Source of the DNA: Octopus vulgaris
Lineage: Eukaryota
Direction of reading: 5' to 3'
Assembly: GCA_951406725.2 (NCBI GenBank)
Contig: OX597829.1
Location: forward strand, 23,808,001-23,872,000
Length of the DNA stretch: 64,000 nucleotides
Below the pieces are notes generated by a model. That model did no database searches. It was not told where the DNA came from and saw only the letters and a program-made list of their open reading frames with translations. Both the position numbers and the translations under genes were made by a program. Of this stretch, positions 1-13,304 are shown piece by piece. Each line of letters starts with the position of its first letter. Within the stretch, counting starts at the first letter, position 1.

Positions 1-266
1 GGTGAATTGTTCAAACCCCAAAGAATCCCTCTCAACACATGGCTATGATACTTCCCTACTACTTCTGTTCGTGATCAGAGATGCACACATCGTCAGCCAC
101 TAGGGGACATGGTCAACTGGTTAAGGTCAAACAACTGACAAGCAAACCTGTGGTATTGAGCTGAATATTTGCTGTAGTCCATCTTTTATACCAAGACAAA
201 ACAATGAACATGATAAAACTTCCAATGAGTTAAGATCATGAGGGCCACTGCCTGGTATTGCATCTT

Positions 267-488
267 CTGGCAGAACTGTTATTATGTCAGGTGAAATGCT
301 TAGCGGCATTTCGTCCCTCTTCACATTCTAAGTTCAAATTCCACTGAGGTCGACTTTGCCTTTCATCCTTTTGAGATCGATAAAATAAGTACCAGTTGAG
401 TACTGGGGGGGGGGGGGTCGATGTAATTGACTTATCCCCTCTCCAGAAATTTCAGACCTTGTACCAATAGCAGAAAGGATTATTATTA
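267..488 (+). mobile_element. SINE family B copy (short-tail variant)
   Basis: B-box-like gttcaaattcc, then gtcgactttgcctttcatcctt...gataaaataagtacc (resembles the Nin/Deu SINE central domain), then an (att)n tail. Repeated more than 10 times in the window. Confidence 0.8.
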
Positions 489-1389
489 CTAGTTGAACAC
501 TGAGGCCGATGTAATTGGCTCATACCCTCCTACCAAAATTGCTGCCGTTGTGGCAAAATTTGAAATTATTATTATTATTATTATTATTAATGATGATGAT
601 GATGATGATTATCAAAGTGACTTATCAAAAACAGGTTGTAATTGATGTTGATAATGTTGTTAATATGCTTTCTATTCTATTTTATATAGATTTTGTTTTG
701 TCACAGTTGTAATTATTTTATGCATAAACAATATTTTTATTAATAATTATTGTACAAAACAAGAGAAAGAGAGCAAATAATATTAATCCATAAATATTAT
801 CATGGTTATTATTATTGTTATTATTATTATTATTAATATTAATATTATTGTAATTTAAACAAATATATAAAAATAAACGTTGTTTACAGTTGAGGAAACT
901 AAATTAATTTCCGGAAAACGACAAGAATTTAAATAAAAATAAATAGTATGTACAAAACAGAACAAACTAAAATAATTTCCAAGTTCCTCTTATTATGGAA
1001 TCTGGAACCATTTGCAAGGGTGTATCACCATTCAAAGGAGCATGAACTAACTCACTCTGTAGACAAGCCCTTGCCCTGTCTGTCTGTCTGGTTTCTCTCT
1101 CTCTCTCTCTCTCTCTTTCCCTCTCCCTCTCTCCCCCATTCATCGATTAGGAGGTGGAGTATTTTCTAAACGGAAATAGAGGGAAGCTGAGAACGAGAAG
1201 GAGTATATTATTAATGTATAGAAATGTGTGTGTGTGTGTCTGAGCACACCATGCATGTTGCATGTCCCTGCATGAGCCAGCAATATTTGTACCTTCAGAG
1301 AGTGACTCATGGCATGACAGCATTCAGATGCCAGGGTGGGTAGGAGCGCATCGGAGGAAAACAAGCAGCCGTAGTGGCAGCCGCTGGCT

Positions 1390-1720
1390 GAGGTAGTAGT
1401 GATGGAGTGATGATAGTGGCGGTCACGGTGGTGATGATGGTGGTGGTGGTGGTGGTGGTGGTGATCATGATCGTGGTTGTAGTGACAATGGCTGTACTGG
1501 TGATGGTAATGTTATTGTTGTTGCTGTTGTAGTGGTGGTGGTCGTCGTGGAGATTGTTGTGATGGTTGTTTGGATGGAAGTAGTAGTGGTAGTAGATATT
1601 GACAGTTTTGACAGTAGTGGTTAGTTGTTGATTGTATGGATGGTAGTAGCTGATTAAAGTAGCAACAGTGATAGTAATACTAGTAGTAATAACAGTAGAG
1701 GTGGTGGTGGTGGTTGTGTT
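1390..1720. repeat. Degenerate (GGT/GAT/AGT)n low-complexity tract
   Basis: Trinucleotide periodicity is directly visible. Confidence 0.9.
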
Positions 1721-1822
1721 GAATTTTACAGGGTGTTGTTGTTTTTGTTGTTGTCGCTTAACCCCAAGTCAGTCCTGGCTGGACAGACCAATGATCAAAG
1801 ACATTCCTACCATGACTATCCA

Positions 1823-2228
1823 TTCTTATTTCTTTACTGCCCACAAGGGACTACACAGTGAGGGGACAAACAAGGGCAGACAAATGGATTAAGTCGATTA
1901 TATCGACCTCAGTGCGTAACTGGTACTTATTTAATTGACCCTGAAATGATGAAAGGCAAAGCCGACCTCAGCGGAATTTGAACTCAGAACATAGCGGCAG
2001 ACGAAATACCTATTTCTTTACTACCCACAAGGGGCTAAAAACAGAGAGGACAAACGGATTAAGTCAATCATATCGACCCCAGTGCGTAACTGGTACTTAA
2101 TTTATCGACCCCAAAAGGATGAAAGGCAAAGTGGACCTCGGCGGAATTTGAACTCAGAACGTAGCGGCAGACGAAATACCGCTAAGCATTTCACCCAGTG
2201 TCCTAACGTTTCTACCAGCTCGCTACCT
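1823..2228 (-). mobile_element. SINE B head-to-tail dimer inserted in an older repeat
   Basis: Two copies of the B body joined at gaaatacc|tatttcttt. The flank ctaccatgactatc recurs on both sides. Confidence 0.85.
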
Positions 2229-2549
2229 TGACTATCGCTACCATGACTATCGCTACCATGACTATCCGTTCTGTCCATTTACAGGTATATAGGATTACAT
2301 TACCTAATGCAGTCTTTCTTTATTCAAGATGATAGTAGTAGGATATGAGGGAAATTTGCCTTCTATTTCTAGCAGGTCTTATGTAAATATTGATGTTGTT
2401 TGAGGGTGGTTGTGAATATTCGTCCAAGTAGAAAAGCCAGTATTTTATTATTGGGACTTATACAATGCTTGTGAAAGTATTTGCACTGTTGCAATAACAA
2501 TTGTACTTTTTCTTGCAGACAGCTTATCTAGGATTACATAAACTAATGC

Positions 2550-2780
2550 CCTTACATCCATTTTCTCTGCCTACCATTCCTGGGAGAGTCTTCAAGCACC
2601 TCCTCCATAGAATCCTATAAGAATCAAATGCCATCACACTTTCTTGCTGGATGCCCAGGAGTGATCAACTGTGACTATAGATATTATTGAATCATCTGGT
2701 TCTTGGTCTACTCTTAGGTTTCCTGTAAGCAGTTGGTGCTTCTTGAAGAATCCATCTTGTGAATCTTTTCTGTAATACTA
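2550..2780 (-). mobile_element. Decayed RTE (Expander-like) LINE ORF 3' end
   Basis: Minus translation ILQEAPTAYRKPKSRPRTR*FNNI...LLGIQQESVMAFDSYRILWRRCLKTLP resembles the RTE C-terminal GRPRTRW...LGI...W motif. Confidence 0.6.
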
Positions 2781-2800
2781 AAAGAATTTGTAGTACTTAT

Positions 2801-3278
2801 AGGCGTTGGAGTGGCTGTGTGGTAAGTAGCTTGCTTACGAACCATATGGTTCTGGGTTCAGTCCCACTGCGTGGCACCTTGGGCAAGTCTCTTCTAGTAT
2901 CGCCTCGGGCCAACCAAAGCCTTGTGAGTGGATTTGGTAGGCAGAAACTGAAAGTATGGCAAAAAGAAATTAACAGGTACAGCATGTGTGTATGTGTGTG
3001 TACGCACGCACCTTGACATCATATGTTAATTGTAAACAAGTTTCACTGTCATACAAGTTATGTCGTTTATTTGCAATCTTCCATGCAGATATATTTGGCC
3101 TTTGTGCTGTTCATGTCCACAGGACTAGTTGAAATATTTACCTTGCTTGGAAGCAGGAGAGGATTTGTGAGAGGAAGAGTACCCACGAGTAGAAAATTCT
3201 ACATCAACAGATTTCGTCTGGCCCCTGCAAGCAAGGAAAAGAGTTAGTGTTAAAATGATGATGGTGATGATGATGATG
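2801..3278 (+). mobile_element. SINE A head with alternative (GAT)n-ending RTE-like tail
   Basis: tRNA-like head ggagtggctgtgtggtaag...ggttcagtccc and CORE-like ccttgggcaagt, followed by a tail ending gttaaaatgatgatg. Confidence 0.75.
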
Positions 3279-4887
3279 GCCCATTATAATTACAACTAAG
3301 AATGTTTCATAGATTTTTTCTTAAATCTAACAATAACAAATTCATGAATCTAACAAATTAACAAAGACATAAATTAGAGAATAGACTGCACATTTTCAAG
3401 AATCTATAGTTGTTGGCGTTGATAAAATATTCTCAGCCCGATTTTCATAATAATTCCTGATATCAACATTTTCAATTTTAATTACAAGGTAGTATTCTAC
3501 CATGGCCACAGTCCAGTAACTGAAACAATTAAAAGATAAAAAATTGGAACAAAACGAAAAAAATCGAGGAGAAAAGTACATGTTGATGTTAACTTCATTT
3601 TGTTGCCCTTGGAGGGCTAAAAGGTAAAGTTGACTATGTACAGATTTGAACTTAAGGAACTGTAATTAAATGTTGCAAGACATTCAACACTTCTGCCAAT
3701 CAATCAACCTTTAATGCTGAATGTAAAAGAAACTTTCTTGACCTTTGTGAAATAGCTGGAATTCTCCAGTTTCCAAGAAGAAATAGTGTTTTGTTTATGC
3801 ATAGAGATAATTGCTTTAGTGCAGATACTTGGAAGACTGTATCAGTGATCTAGTAACTCAGTGATTCAGGTTCAGTTCCTGGAAGCTTCACTATCCTTCA
3901 CACACACACTCACACAATGTAAAAACACATACATACAAACATACATACATACACACACACCTACACATATATACATACATTCACACACACACACACACAT
4001 ATATATGCAGATAGATAGAAAAATAATGTACTACATACTTCCTCACAGCTTCTGTATGACAAATCGTATGCCAAATGCATCCAGTCCAGAACTATAGCAG
4101 AAGACACATATCCAAGGTACCATGTAGCGGGACTGAATGCAAAGCCACATGGTTAGGAAGCGCACTTGTTAACCACTCAGCCATTCTTGTACCTATAAAC
4201 ATACTTGTTTACACGCATCCATCCATTCATTCATCCATATCATCATCATCATCATCATCATCACCACCACCACAATGTCAGAATTAACACGTAATACATA
4301 TACACATAAATGTATGAATGTACATATACAGCTTGCTGAGTTTTATCTGTTTTAACATATAATACAACCCAATGTACCAAAAGGTGACACTTGGAGCATC
4401 ACTGGGGAAGTTTCAGCTGCCATTAAATTACATATCACTCTACATTTTGTATTAAGGACAATTTTCCTTGTGCGTGATACACTAACGTGTATTTACTCAT
4501 ATAAATATATTGGTCATGTTGTCTCAAGCAGAGACAAGTTATAGAGGTGAGAATTCTCTTGAATCTTGAAGAATACATGATGACTGCTTGTGCAGGTACC
4601 ATGAGAAAATATACCCAGTACACTCTGTGGAGTAGTTGGAATTAGGAAGGGCATGAAGCTGTAGAATTTATGCCAAAGTAAAATGTAACAAGTGCAACGT
4701 GCTTCACACACATACATACACACAAACACACCAAGAGACACACACACTTTTGTGACCTATTTCAAATCAATACATTTCTTATTTTATGTCAGTATGGAAA
4801 GCAGACATAAAATGATGATGACGAAAGGTAACTAAGTGCTTATTTAAACTGAACACTCATGAGGTACAGTCATTGATATATGTTTAA

Positions 4888-5109
4888 CCCTTTAACATTC
4901 AGATTACTCTGTCAAATGTAGTTCTTATTCATACTGACATTGTTTTGAATTGATCATGAATTATCTCATAGCTTTGAGATGTCAATGAGATGACTGCTTA
5001 GTTTTAGAACGGCATTGCTGGGTAGGTGTGAAAGGTGGAATCAAGCCAGTTTCAACATAAAACAAGCAGAATATTTAGACAGTATATGGCTGGTTTATAT
5101 ACTAAAAGG
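4888..5109 (+). mobile_element. piggyBac-like MITE
   Basis: TTAA|cccttta...taaaagg|TTAA. Homologous copies at 25327-25545 and 25955-26594. Confidence 0.75.
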
Positions 5110-5497
5110 TTAAGAAATTTACTTTACAACTCAACCACGTGACTTCTTGTTGCATTCTAGACTGTGACACCCAGAAGTAATTTCTACCATATCTTCAGGT
5201 TGCCCAAAGACTTGTGGATGAAATTTGGTAGAAACTTTGAGAAAAATCTATCTGGAGGGACTGTATGTCTTCCTGGATGGTAGAATTAATCTGTCTCCCT
5301 GTTTAGCATTACCATTTGCTTCATTGGTACATTGAGTCCCATTCTCTGTGGAAAACATCCACACCAAGCCTTTGGCCTGCAATTAACTCATCACACCAGG
5401 TTTCATCTGTCCATGTCGTTGCTGATTTTGGAAGCCTTGCAAAAGATTATGGCTGTTGATTTTTTTTCTCCCTCCTCCCACCACTGTCATAAGAAAC

Positions 5498-5833
5498 ATA
5501 AAGGGTAAAGACCCCCTTCGGTCATGAATGACCATGGGATTGCACCTAGAAAGTTACCCTCCTAGACACAAGTCCGGGCAAGGTTGTTTATGGAAGACCA
5601 GCAGTCGCCCATGCATACCAGCCTCCCCTCTCCACGCCACTAGTGTTATCCAAGGGAAAGACAAAGGTCGATACAGCTTGGCACCAGTGACGTCGTAACT
5701 CATTTCTACAGCTGAGTGAACTGGAGCAACGTGAAATAAAGTGCCTTGCTCAAGAACACAACACGCAGCCCGGTCCGGGATTCGAGCTCACAACCTCACG
5801 ATCGTAAGCTCGATGCTCTAACCACTGAGCCAT
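5498..5833 (-). mobile_element. SINE family D (tRNA head + CORE-like domain + distinct tail)
   Basis: Minus strand atggctcagtggttagagc...gagctcgaatcc, then gtgttcttgagcaaggcactttatttcacgttgctccag. The head and core are shared with the copies at 13021, 31598 and 37337. Confidence 0.8.
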
Positions 5834-6399
5834 ATTTCCATCAATACTGTGTTGAAATATGTGGGCAAATTCTAGCACATTCTATATTGGTGATGGTGGT
5901 GAATTAAACCCCATCCCTAGATTCAGTCCTGATCCAGTGGATATACTTTCAAAGATGTTCCAACAGCGGCCTTACCGTTCCTTTTCTTTTCTGACACAGT
6001 GTATCATTATCTAAAGTGTCTTATTTTTAAAACGGTAGGAAGTGATGGGAAGAATATTTGACAATTATATTTCACAGGTCAAATAGACCACATAGAGACT
6101 TTATCAAGATAGATATATCCTGCAGTTCTTACAGTCATGTGGAGTATTATCACGTTCCTATCGCTTCTTAAGGAGTCTCTTTAACACCCACGTTTTGTCT
6201 CCCCCCCCACTCTTTCTCTTTCCCCCGTCTCATAAGAGGTTGTTTTTCTCAGTTTTGGCCACTTGTTCTGTATATTGATTTTTGTTGCAGATGTTTATTA
6301 GATGATGTCTAACTATATATATGTGCGTGCGTGTTTGTATATTATATATGTAGGCGCGATGCAAATAGTGAGAAACAGTCTCTCATAGCATTCCCCGAC

Positions 6400-7720
6400 A
6401 TCAATCTACGTTACCATTCTCTCTCATTCCACCATAACACGATGATATCATTCCTATACTACATTCTTTCCTTTTTTTTTTTATCATCTTTATTTGTTCT
6501 TTCTTTATGACTTTCTCCGTATTTATTTCTAACTTTTCCTATTCTTTTTCCATACTTCATTTTCCTTCACCCCCTCCCTGCGTTCTTAAAAAAAAAAAAA
6601 ATTTTTTTTTTTTTTTTTTCTCTCTCTCCTTTCACGATTTAGTCATCTTGAAATGATTCACATTTCTTGTCCAGCTCTGATAATCCTCACTTACAGATTT
6701 ACATATTAATTCATTAATTCTAATCCAAACGAATAACCATTCTAAATTTAAACCACCTAAATCCCCTTTTCTCTTCCGTATTATTTTGCTTGCTTCCCCA
6801 TCTCCCCCCCCCCCCCCCAGTTCTCATCTATTTTACTCTTCTCTAACTCCCGCTATCAGCCATCACTCATTCCTCTCCAATATATTCCACTCTCGTACTT
6901 TTATCACTCGATCACTCTCTGGCGCTGCCCCTCTCTTAGTCACTCTATATCTTTCTCCTAAAAATACTAATAATCTACTTTCATTTACATTCGCCCTTCT
7001 CTAAACACTTCACTCTGCCTACTCCTCCACCGAGTCCACTCTTACCCTCCCTCTAGTTCTAGTTCACATTATACTGCCATGCCCGCAGAACACGTTATTT
7101 TCACTCCCTTTCATTATGTGGCTTCCTCGTACAGTCACTCTGAACACGTTACTTTCACTCTCATATACTAATTGCTACCACGTCCGTACGCTCTACTCTT
7201 CCTTATCTTGAACCGTCTGCTCTTACTTATTTTCTGAATAATTTACTTTCACTCCCATGATTAAATGTAATTTCTTCACACACTCCTCTCACTACTTATT
7301 TCTTTGCTTTTCTATACAAATTTACTCTGCCTTCTACAATGAACACTTCTCACTATTTCTCTCTATACATTCTCCTCTAGCCCCTCTCTCTATTTACTCT
7401 GACTTCCTTCTCTCACTACTTATTTCTTTATTCGCTTTCTACTCTTCCTTCTATTATAAACACTCCTCCTACTCCTTTTTCAATGTGTTCCTCATCTTCC
7501 AAAGTACAGTGTAGTCTTTCTTCCGCCCCTCTGACTCTGTCTAGACTCTCTCTTTCTCTCCCCCTCTCTCTGTCTCTCGTACATTACTCTTCCTTCCGCT
7601 CTAAACATTCCCCCCCTCACTCCTTCTATATTTTACTGTGTTCCATAAAACGCTACTTAACCCCATTCATGTCCTCTCATTTCCATTCTATTTACTCTGA
7701 AAAGCTGTATTCATCAAGTG
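6400..7720 (+). repeat. Long pyrimidine-rich low-complexity tract
   Basis: About 1.3 kb strongly C/T-biased with recurring ttactct/ttcactc words. Confidence 0.75.
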
Positions 7721-8013
7721 TCTGTTTAGAGGAACATGATTAAACTCCATGCAACAAGATCAATACGTTTTAAAGAGTTGAACCTGACTAGAGCCATTTG
7801 GGAATTACAACGTATTTATATATCTGAAGGTGAAAGGACCATAGATTCCAGGAAAGGAATATTCGAATAACAAAATTTTTAGTCAATATTTATTACTGGC
7901 TTGGATTGAATAGATTTACATGAATATGATTTCTGATATTCATTACAAACATAAACAAACACGTGTACACCTGTGTGTTCTGTTAGATGTGTGTACATAT
8001 ATATACACATATA

Positions 8014-8300
8014 TGGCTGTATGGTAAGAAGTTTATTTCCCAACCACATGGTTCTGGGTTCAGCCCAACTGCATGGCACCTTAGGTGGGTCTCTTCTACT
8101 ATAGCCACTGGCCGACCAAATCCTACTGAGTGGATTTGGTAGACGGAAACTGAAAGAAGTCCGTGTTTATACATACATACATATATATACACACACATTG
8201 TGTGTCTGTGTTTGTCCCCACCCCACCTTGATAACCTGTGTTTATGTCCCCGTAAAATAGCGGTTCGGCAAAAGATACTGATAGAATCAGGCTTAAAAAG
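8014..8300 (+). mobile_element. SINE A, 3'-truncated
   Basis: Matches the SINE A head, core and internal microsatellite. Confidence 0.8.
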
Positions 8301-8348
8301 AAAACATATTGATAGTGATAGACCTTAGAAGTTATGGGTTGAGCTCTT

Positions 8349-8490
8349 CAGGGCCGGATCAAGGAATTTTTCGAAAGGAGCGCACAAGGTCAGAAGGGAA
8401 AAGGACGTAATAGTATTATTTAGAAGGACGCATTTCTTTTCTTGAGGGCCTCACATACCCCTTAGACCCCCTCCTTTGGGTGCGCCCCTG
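8349..8490. mobile_element. Short MITE-like element
   Basis: Imperfect terminal IR cagggccggatc / ggtgcgcccctg around a GC-richer insert. Confidence 0.4.
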
Positions 8491-8629
8491 CTGTCAATGT
8501 CTCAATAAAATGTATACTCTACAAAACTGCGTTTTCCAAATGAGGGCTCACTATGGTCTTCCGAGATCTACAATGGGCACATACATGCGCGCGCACGCAC
8601 ACACACATATATACCAGCGCGCGCGCAAA

Positions 8630-9345
8630 TGGTGGCTGATGGATATTTCACAAGTTCCTCCACGGTTGCTGGATCCATTGATTTGAGCTGGTTTAAGAGG
8701 CGTTTGAAGTCTTGTCCAGCACATCCTCATTTTTCACTGATTTTTCTGGTATCGTGAAATAAATTCTGGATATACGGAAAATTATGTACGTCATCCAAAA
8801 CCTGCAGGTTTTGGATATGTTGAGAGCGTTTGCAATCCACCATTAACGTTCCAAGGGTATGAAGGATGAATTAAGCCTCACTCCGAATGTGAATTCGCCA
8901 TTGCATTTTTAGAATGTGTGAAGGGAAATTGTACAGAGTTATTTCGTGGGCCTTGTACATAACATTCAGGGGTTTATCGATTGTGTTGAAGTCCTCATCG
9001 AACCAATCTTGATGCTTTTTTGCTTTCAATCCGATGATTTTAACATCATCATCACCAACAGCAACAGAGAGAGAGAGAGAGAGAGAATGTGTGTGTGTGT
9101 GAGTGGAATCGATGGAAGACTCTGTCATTTATGTCATTTCCCGAAGTGACGAGTGCTTTTGGAGCTTTCTCTTCAACAGGTAGAGGGTGACAAGTTTTTA
9201 GAAACATTAGAACTGTTGAGCTTGCAGTAATGAGGCCTCTTTATATTTGACACTCTCGAGGACTGTAAGGATTGCACATGCAACGTAATCTCTCTTAATA
9301 ACGTGATGGTCTGTCTAACACTCAGCTCCCGCCTCATTACGCTGG
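8630..9345 (-). mobile_element. Decayed RTE (BovB-like) LINE ORF fragment, split by a microsatellite
   Basis: Minus peptides GAEC*TDHHVI (compare GADCWTDHRL), KKHQDWFDEDFNTI and FKRLLNQ are typical of the RTE endonuclease-linker region. Confidence 0.7.
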
Positions 9346-10032
9346 GATGGAGGATTGAACATGTTTAAGTTTTAAAAACCTAACTATGAATATAGTTGGT
9401 GTGATACCAGAGTTTGAACCTGGTATGCATTCACACACTCTTGTGAATGCTCCAATTCGAGAACATGATATTAGTGCTGGTAAGACAAAAGAAATTTAAG
9501 ATATTGCTGTTAGTTTTCACAACTCATGGGTTCACCGAGAATTATAAACACACATACAAATACATACACGGTTTGGATAAAAGCCGGTAGAATAAATACT
9601 AGATTTAAAAACAAATAAATAACGAGGGTCGATCAAGCCGGTACCCTAGCATAGCCGCAGTCCAGTGAGTGAAACATGTAGAGGATAAAACATTAATAGT
9701 GTTCTATTTACAATTATTGTTTTTTGTTGCTTATGTAGTTGCACAAATTTTTAGTTGTTTTTCTTATCCATTATTTTCTGTTCCTCATCTCAGTAGCTCT
9801 TACATGGCACCAAAATGTACTGCGAGTGTGTGAAAACAGAAACTGCTGTCGGTGATATTTTATATGTATTGTACGTGTATGCTCATATTTGTGCAAATGT
9901 TCGTGCTCGTGTATGTATATATTAGTGGTGTGTGTGTGTGTGTGTAAGTGCGTGTGCGAGTTTGCTTAACTACAAAACCACAATGTTTAAAAGTTTTTAG
10001 ATTTGGCTCCGAAACCCAACAATGCAATCATT

Positions 10033-10087
<55 letters not shown>

Positions 10088-10480
10088 CTGTCCCTTTCCC
10101 ACACACACATACAAACACACACACTCAAGCTCATGATGTGATAAAAGATATTCACGGATCGTTTTCCTTTCTTTTTTTCAATTGTCGTAAACTGTTGTCA
10201 AGGCACATTAATCACATTATTACAACAGTTTATCATAAAACATAAATGTAGGTCATCTTATTTACACATTCACTCAGTTCCCTCTTAAGAAAAATAATTC
10301 TTTGTTGTTCAAATTGAAAACTAGTCAAGAGGAAGTAAATAGCCATAGTCATAATTTAAAGTCGGTATAAAAAAAGAATGTAAGGGGACTTACTGGTGTC
10401 ATTTCAATGAGTCTGGAGTGAAATTCAATGATGTTAGACTTTAGCCCTCCATAATCAAGCAGACTTATGATTAAATGTGA

Positions 10481-10720
10481 AAGTGCGTGGTTTAATATCT
10501 AGGGTGTTGCACTCACCAGCGCAAGATATTGGTTTCGATTTCCGGACCTAGAGCAAAAACATTTCATTTCGCGTTCCTCTGACATCACTTCGACGTGTGG
10601 CAGACCGTACACCTGTACGGGCAATGTCGATTTGATGGAGAGAGTGAGCTTACATTTGATCATTATGGACAGATCATTATAGGTTGTTCGAGAAGAAATT
10701 TGGGACCCTCACCTGTCGTT
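10481..10720 (+). mobile_element. Degenerate SINE D-type copy
   Basis: Decayed tRNA head (gcgtggtttaat...ggtttcgatttcc) followed by gagcaaaaacatttcatttcgcgtt. Confidence 0.55.
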
Positions 10721-10920
10721 TATTCATTTAATAGAGGAGAATCCACCATAATCGAATGCAGCCCACTCGTGATCATCACGTACACACACACACATATATA
10801 TATATACATATTTGTAAGCACTAGCTAGACTCCCATTGTCCACTTTTTCCTTAAAGGCAATAGGGTAAAGTTTTAGAGAAATTTGGCAGTTTTTCTAGCA
10901 GGGAAAGCGATCGCTTAGAG

Positions 10921-11197
10921 AAGTGCTACTCAGAGTGGTGATCCGTGAGCCGTCAGTCGCCGGTATGCGGCGATTTCCCGGAAAAGAAAGAAACATAAAA
11001 TGTTTATGTAATATTGCATTATTTGTTTACAAAATAAATATAAGATTAAAAAAAATCTGTCAACTTTTATTATATTCATTATATATATTGTTTCCGGTAT
11101 AAACTAACATTACTAAGGAATATTACCGGTCCCTGGCACATTGGTGGTGGTGGCGCGGGACTGCTGGTACGCATATCAGATAATTTGAGAAGCACTG
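10921..11197. mobile_element. hAT (Charlie/MER5-like) MITE
   Basis: TIR aagtgctactca / tgagaagcactg, with 8-bp TSD gcttagag / gcttagat. Confidence 0.8.
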
Positions 11198-11418
11198 GCT
11201 TAGATGATATCTCGCTAGCGTGGGTATTCCATTCCTCCTGCCAGGTAATTGGTTCGAACCCCAGTGTCAGAATTTAACAACGTCATAGTTCATACAACAG
11301 TGATTGACTAATTGTTTTATTGGTATTTATTGTGATTGGTTCCACAGAGGAATCAAAGAATAATCACATGCAAGATTTGATCACGAAAGGGAATATATGA
11401 CACTAATATATCTCTCAT

Positions 11419-11789
11419 CATTTGCTTCTTTCAGCCACTAGATTGTGGCCACGCTAGAGCTTCAACCTGAAGGTTTTGGTCGAACAAATCAACCCCACTA
11501 CTTATTTTTTAATTACTAAATTTGGCACTTATTCTATCGGTCTCATTTTGCTGAACAACTACATCACAAAGACATAAAAAGACCAACATCGGTTGTCAAG
11601 CGTTGAGAAGGGAATACGACAAACGAAACTTCCCCCGAGATTCTTTCAGTTTCCGTCTACTAATCCACTCAAAGGGTTTTGTTTGGCCCGAGGCTGTAAT
11701 GCGTAATGCTTGCCCAAGGTGATATGCAGTAGGACTGAACCTAAAACCATGTGGTTAGGAAGCAAACTTCTTACCACATAGCCACGCCT
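11419..11789 (-). mobile_element. SINE A, diverged
   Basis: Reverse complement of the A head and tail. Confidence 0.75.
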
Positions 11790-13020
11790 TGCATTTCAAT
11801 CCAACAACGTTTAGGCTTTCTGCCAGCCAGCAACTGTTTCTCCTAAGTAACATTGATAAACAATTTTGTTGCCAATGCCTACATTCAGCATAGAAACTTC
11901 CTCCTGTGTTCATCAACCAGAGATTGGGAAAAAACAAAAAAACTTTCTGGGGGTTGCAAATAACAATGAAATCCAAGTGTAATTATGCACCTCCTGCCAC
12001 TTTCTCCCTCTGAGCTGTGGTGAACCGTACACTCACCCATTGAGATTCTGCTCGCTATCCAAATCTGATCAGATTTGATGTTCATGATTACGTGTATAAA
12101 ATAATATGCGTATGTATGTATGTGCTTTTAGTGACTCTTGTGTGTTTTCGTTATAAAAAGAAAGAGCAAACGTTTTAATCTTATCTAAAATGCTTTAACA
12201 ATTTATTCATGATAATGTACAAGAAATATATCTTAAAAAAACGTTATCTGGTGAAGATGTATTTTTGTTTTGTTAGTCTCACTCTTTCTCTTTCCGCGTG
12301 TGCGTATGTGTGAGTGAGTGTGTATGAGAGAGAGAGAAGGTGAAGAAAGAGATAGAGGTGGGAGTGGGTGGGCTCCATTACGTGCTTATCTCCACTCTAT
12401 GATCATTTTATGAAAATAGGCGTATTCAACTGTATACACGTTATCTATGTAAAAGTGTGTGTATGTGTGTGTGAGTCAATAATTGGTGTTCGTATGAAGG
12501 CCTTTGGCAACCTGTGTACGTACGAGAGGGTGTGATTGTATCTTCCTAAACTCGTGTCTCAATTAGAATAAGTAGAATGGTGTGCTCATAACACGCTTCA
12601 ACGCTCAGAGAATAGTTTAATTTCTTTTCTTCCTTCATTTTCTCTTTCTTTTAATCTTTTTTTCCCGCCGTTAACTGGCAGCTATTGTATTGTAAATAGG
12701 GGCTTTATCCAAAGGGTGCAAGACGATAGGCGATTACTGGTGATTAGAATGCCAGTTAATCTTAGATTTATTGGAAAGATGAGCTAACCACAGCAAGTCT
12801 CTCTGTTGCGAACCCGTCACTGCCAACAGAGATGGGTTCGCAAGCAGAGAACCTATCTTTGTTGTCTTTTGACAGAGATAGGTTCTTCTATCTCTTACTT
12901 TTTCCAGTCGTAGGATTGCGGTCATAATGGGGCACGGCCTGAAGGGTTGCTAGTTTACAGGGACGTAATATGAAAACTACAAGTAGGGTTCACACTTACA
13001 TAAATATAGAGAATAACATG

Positions 13021-13301
13021 GCACTCCGACGGTTATGACGGCGAGTGTTGCAGTTGATCCAATCAACGGAACAGTCTTGCGTACTCTTAAAGTAGTTCTC
13101 AGGAAGATTCAGTGGGACACAGAATTCGATAAGGCTGGCCCTTTGAATTACAGGTACAACTCATTTTTGCAGCTGAGTGGACTGGAACAACATGAAAAAA
13201 AAAAAAAATGTCTTTCTCAAGGACACATTACGCCATCGAGTATCGAACTCACAACCCTTCGATCGCGAGCCAAATACTCGAATCACTTGGCTACACGCCT
13301 T
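13021..13301 (-). mobile_element. SINE D
   Basis: Minus strand aggcgtgtagccaagtg...gagttcgatactc, plus core and tail shared with 37337 and 30660. Confidence 0.8.
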
Positions 13302-13304
13302 CAG

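Noticed and set aside
3396-3581. Protein-like minus ORF (ENVDIRNYYENRAENIL)
   Set aside because: It is short, partly a SINE tail, and has no recognisable domain or clear splice sites.
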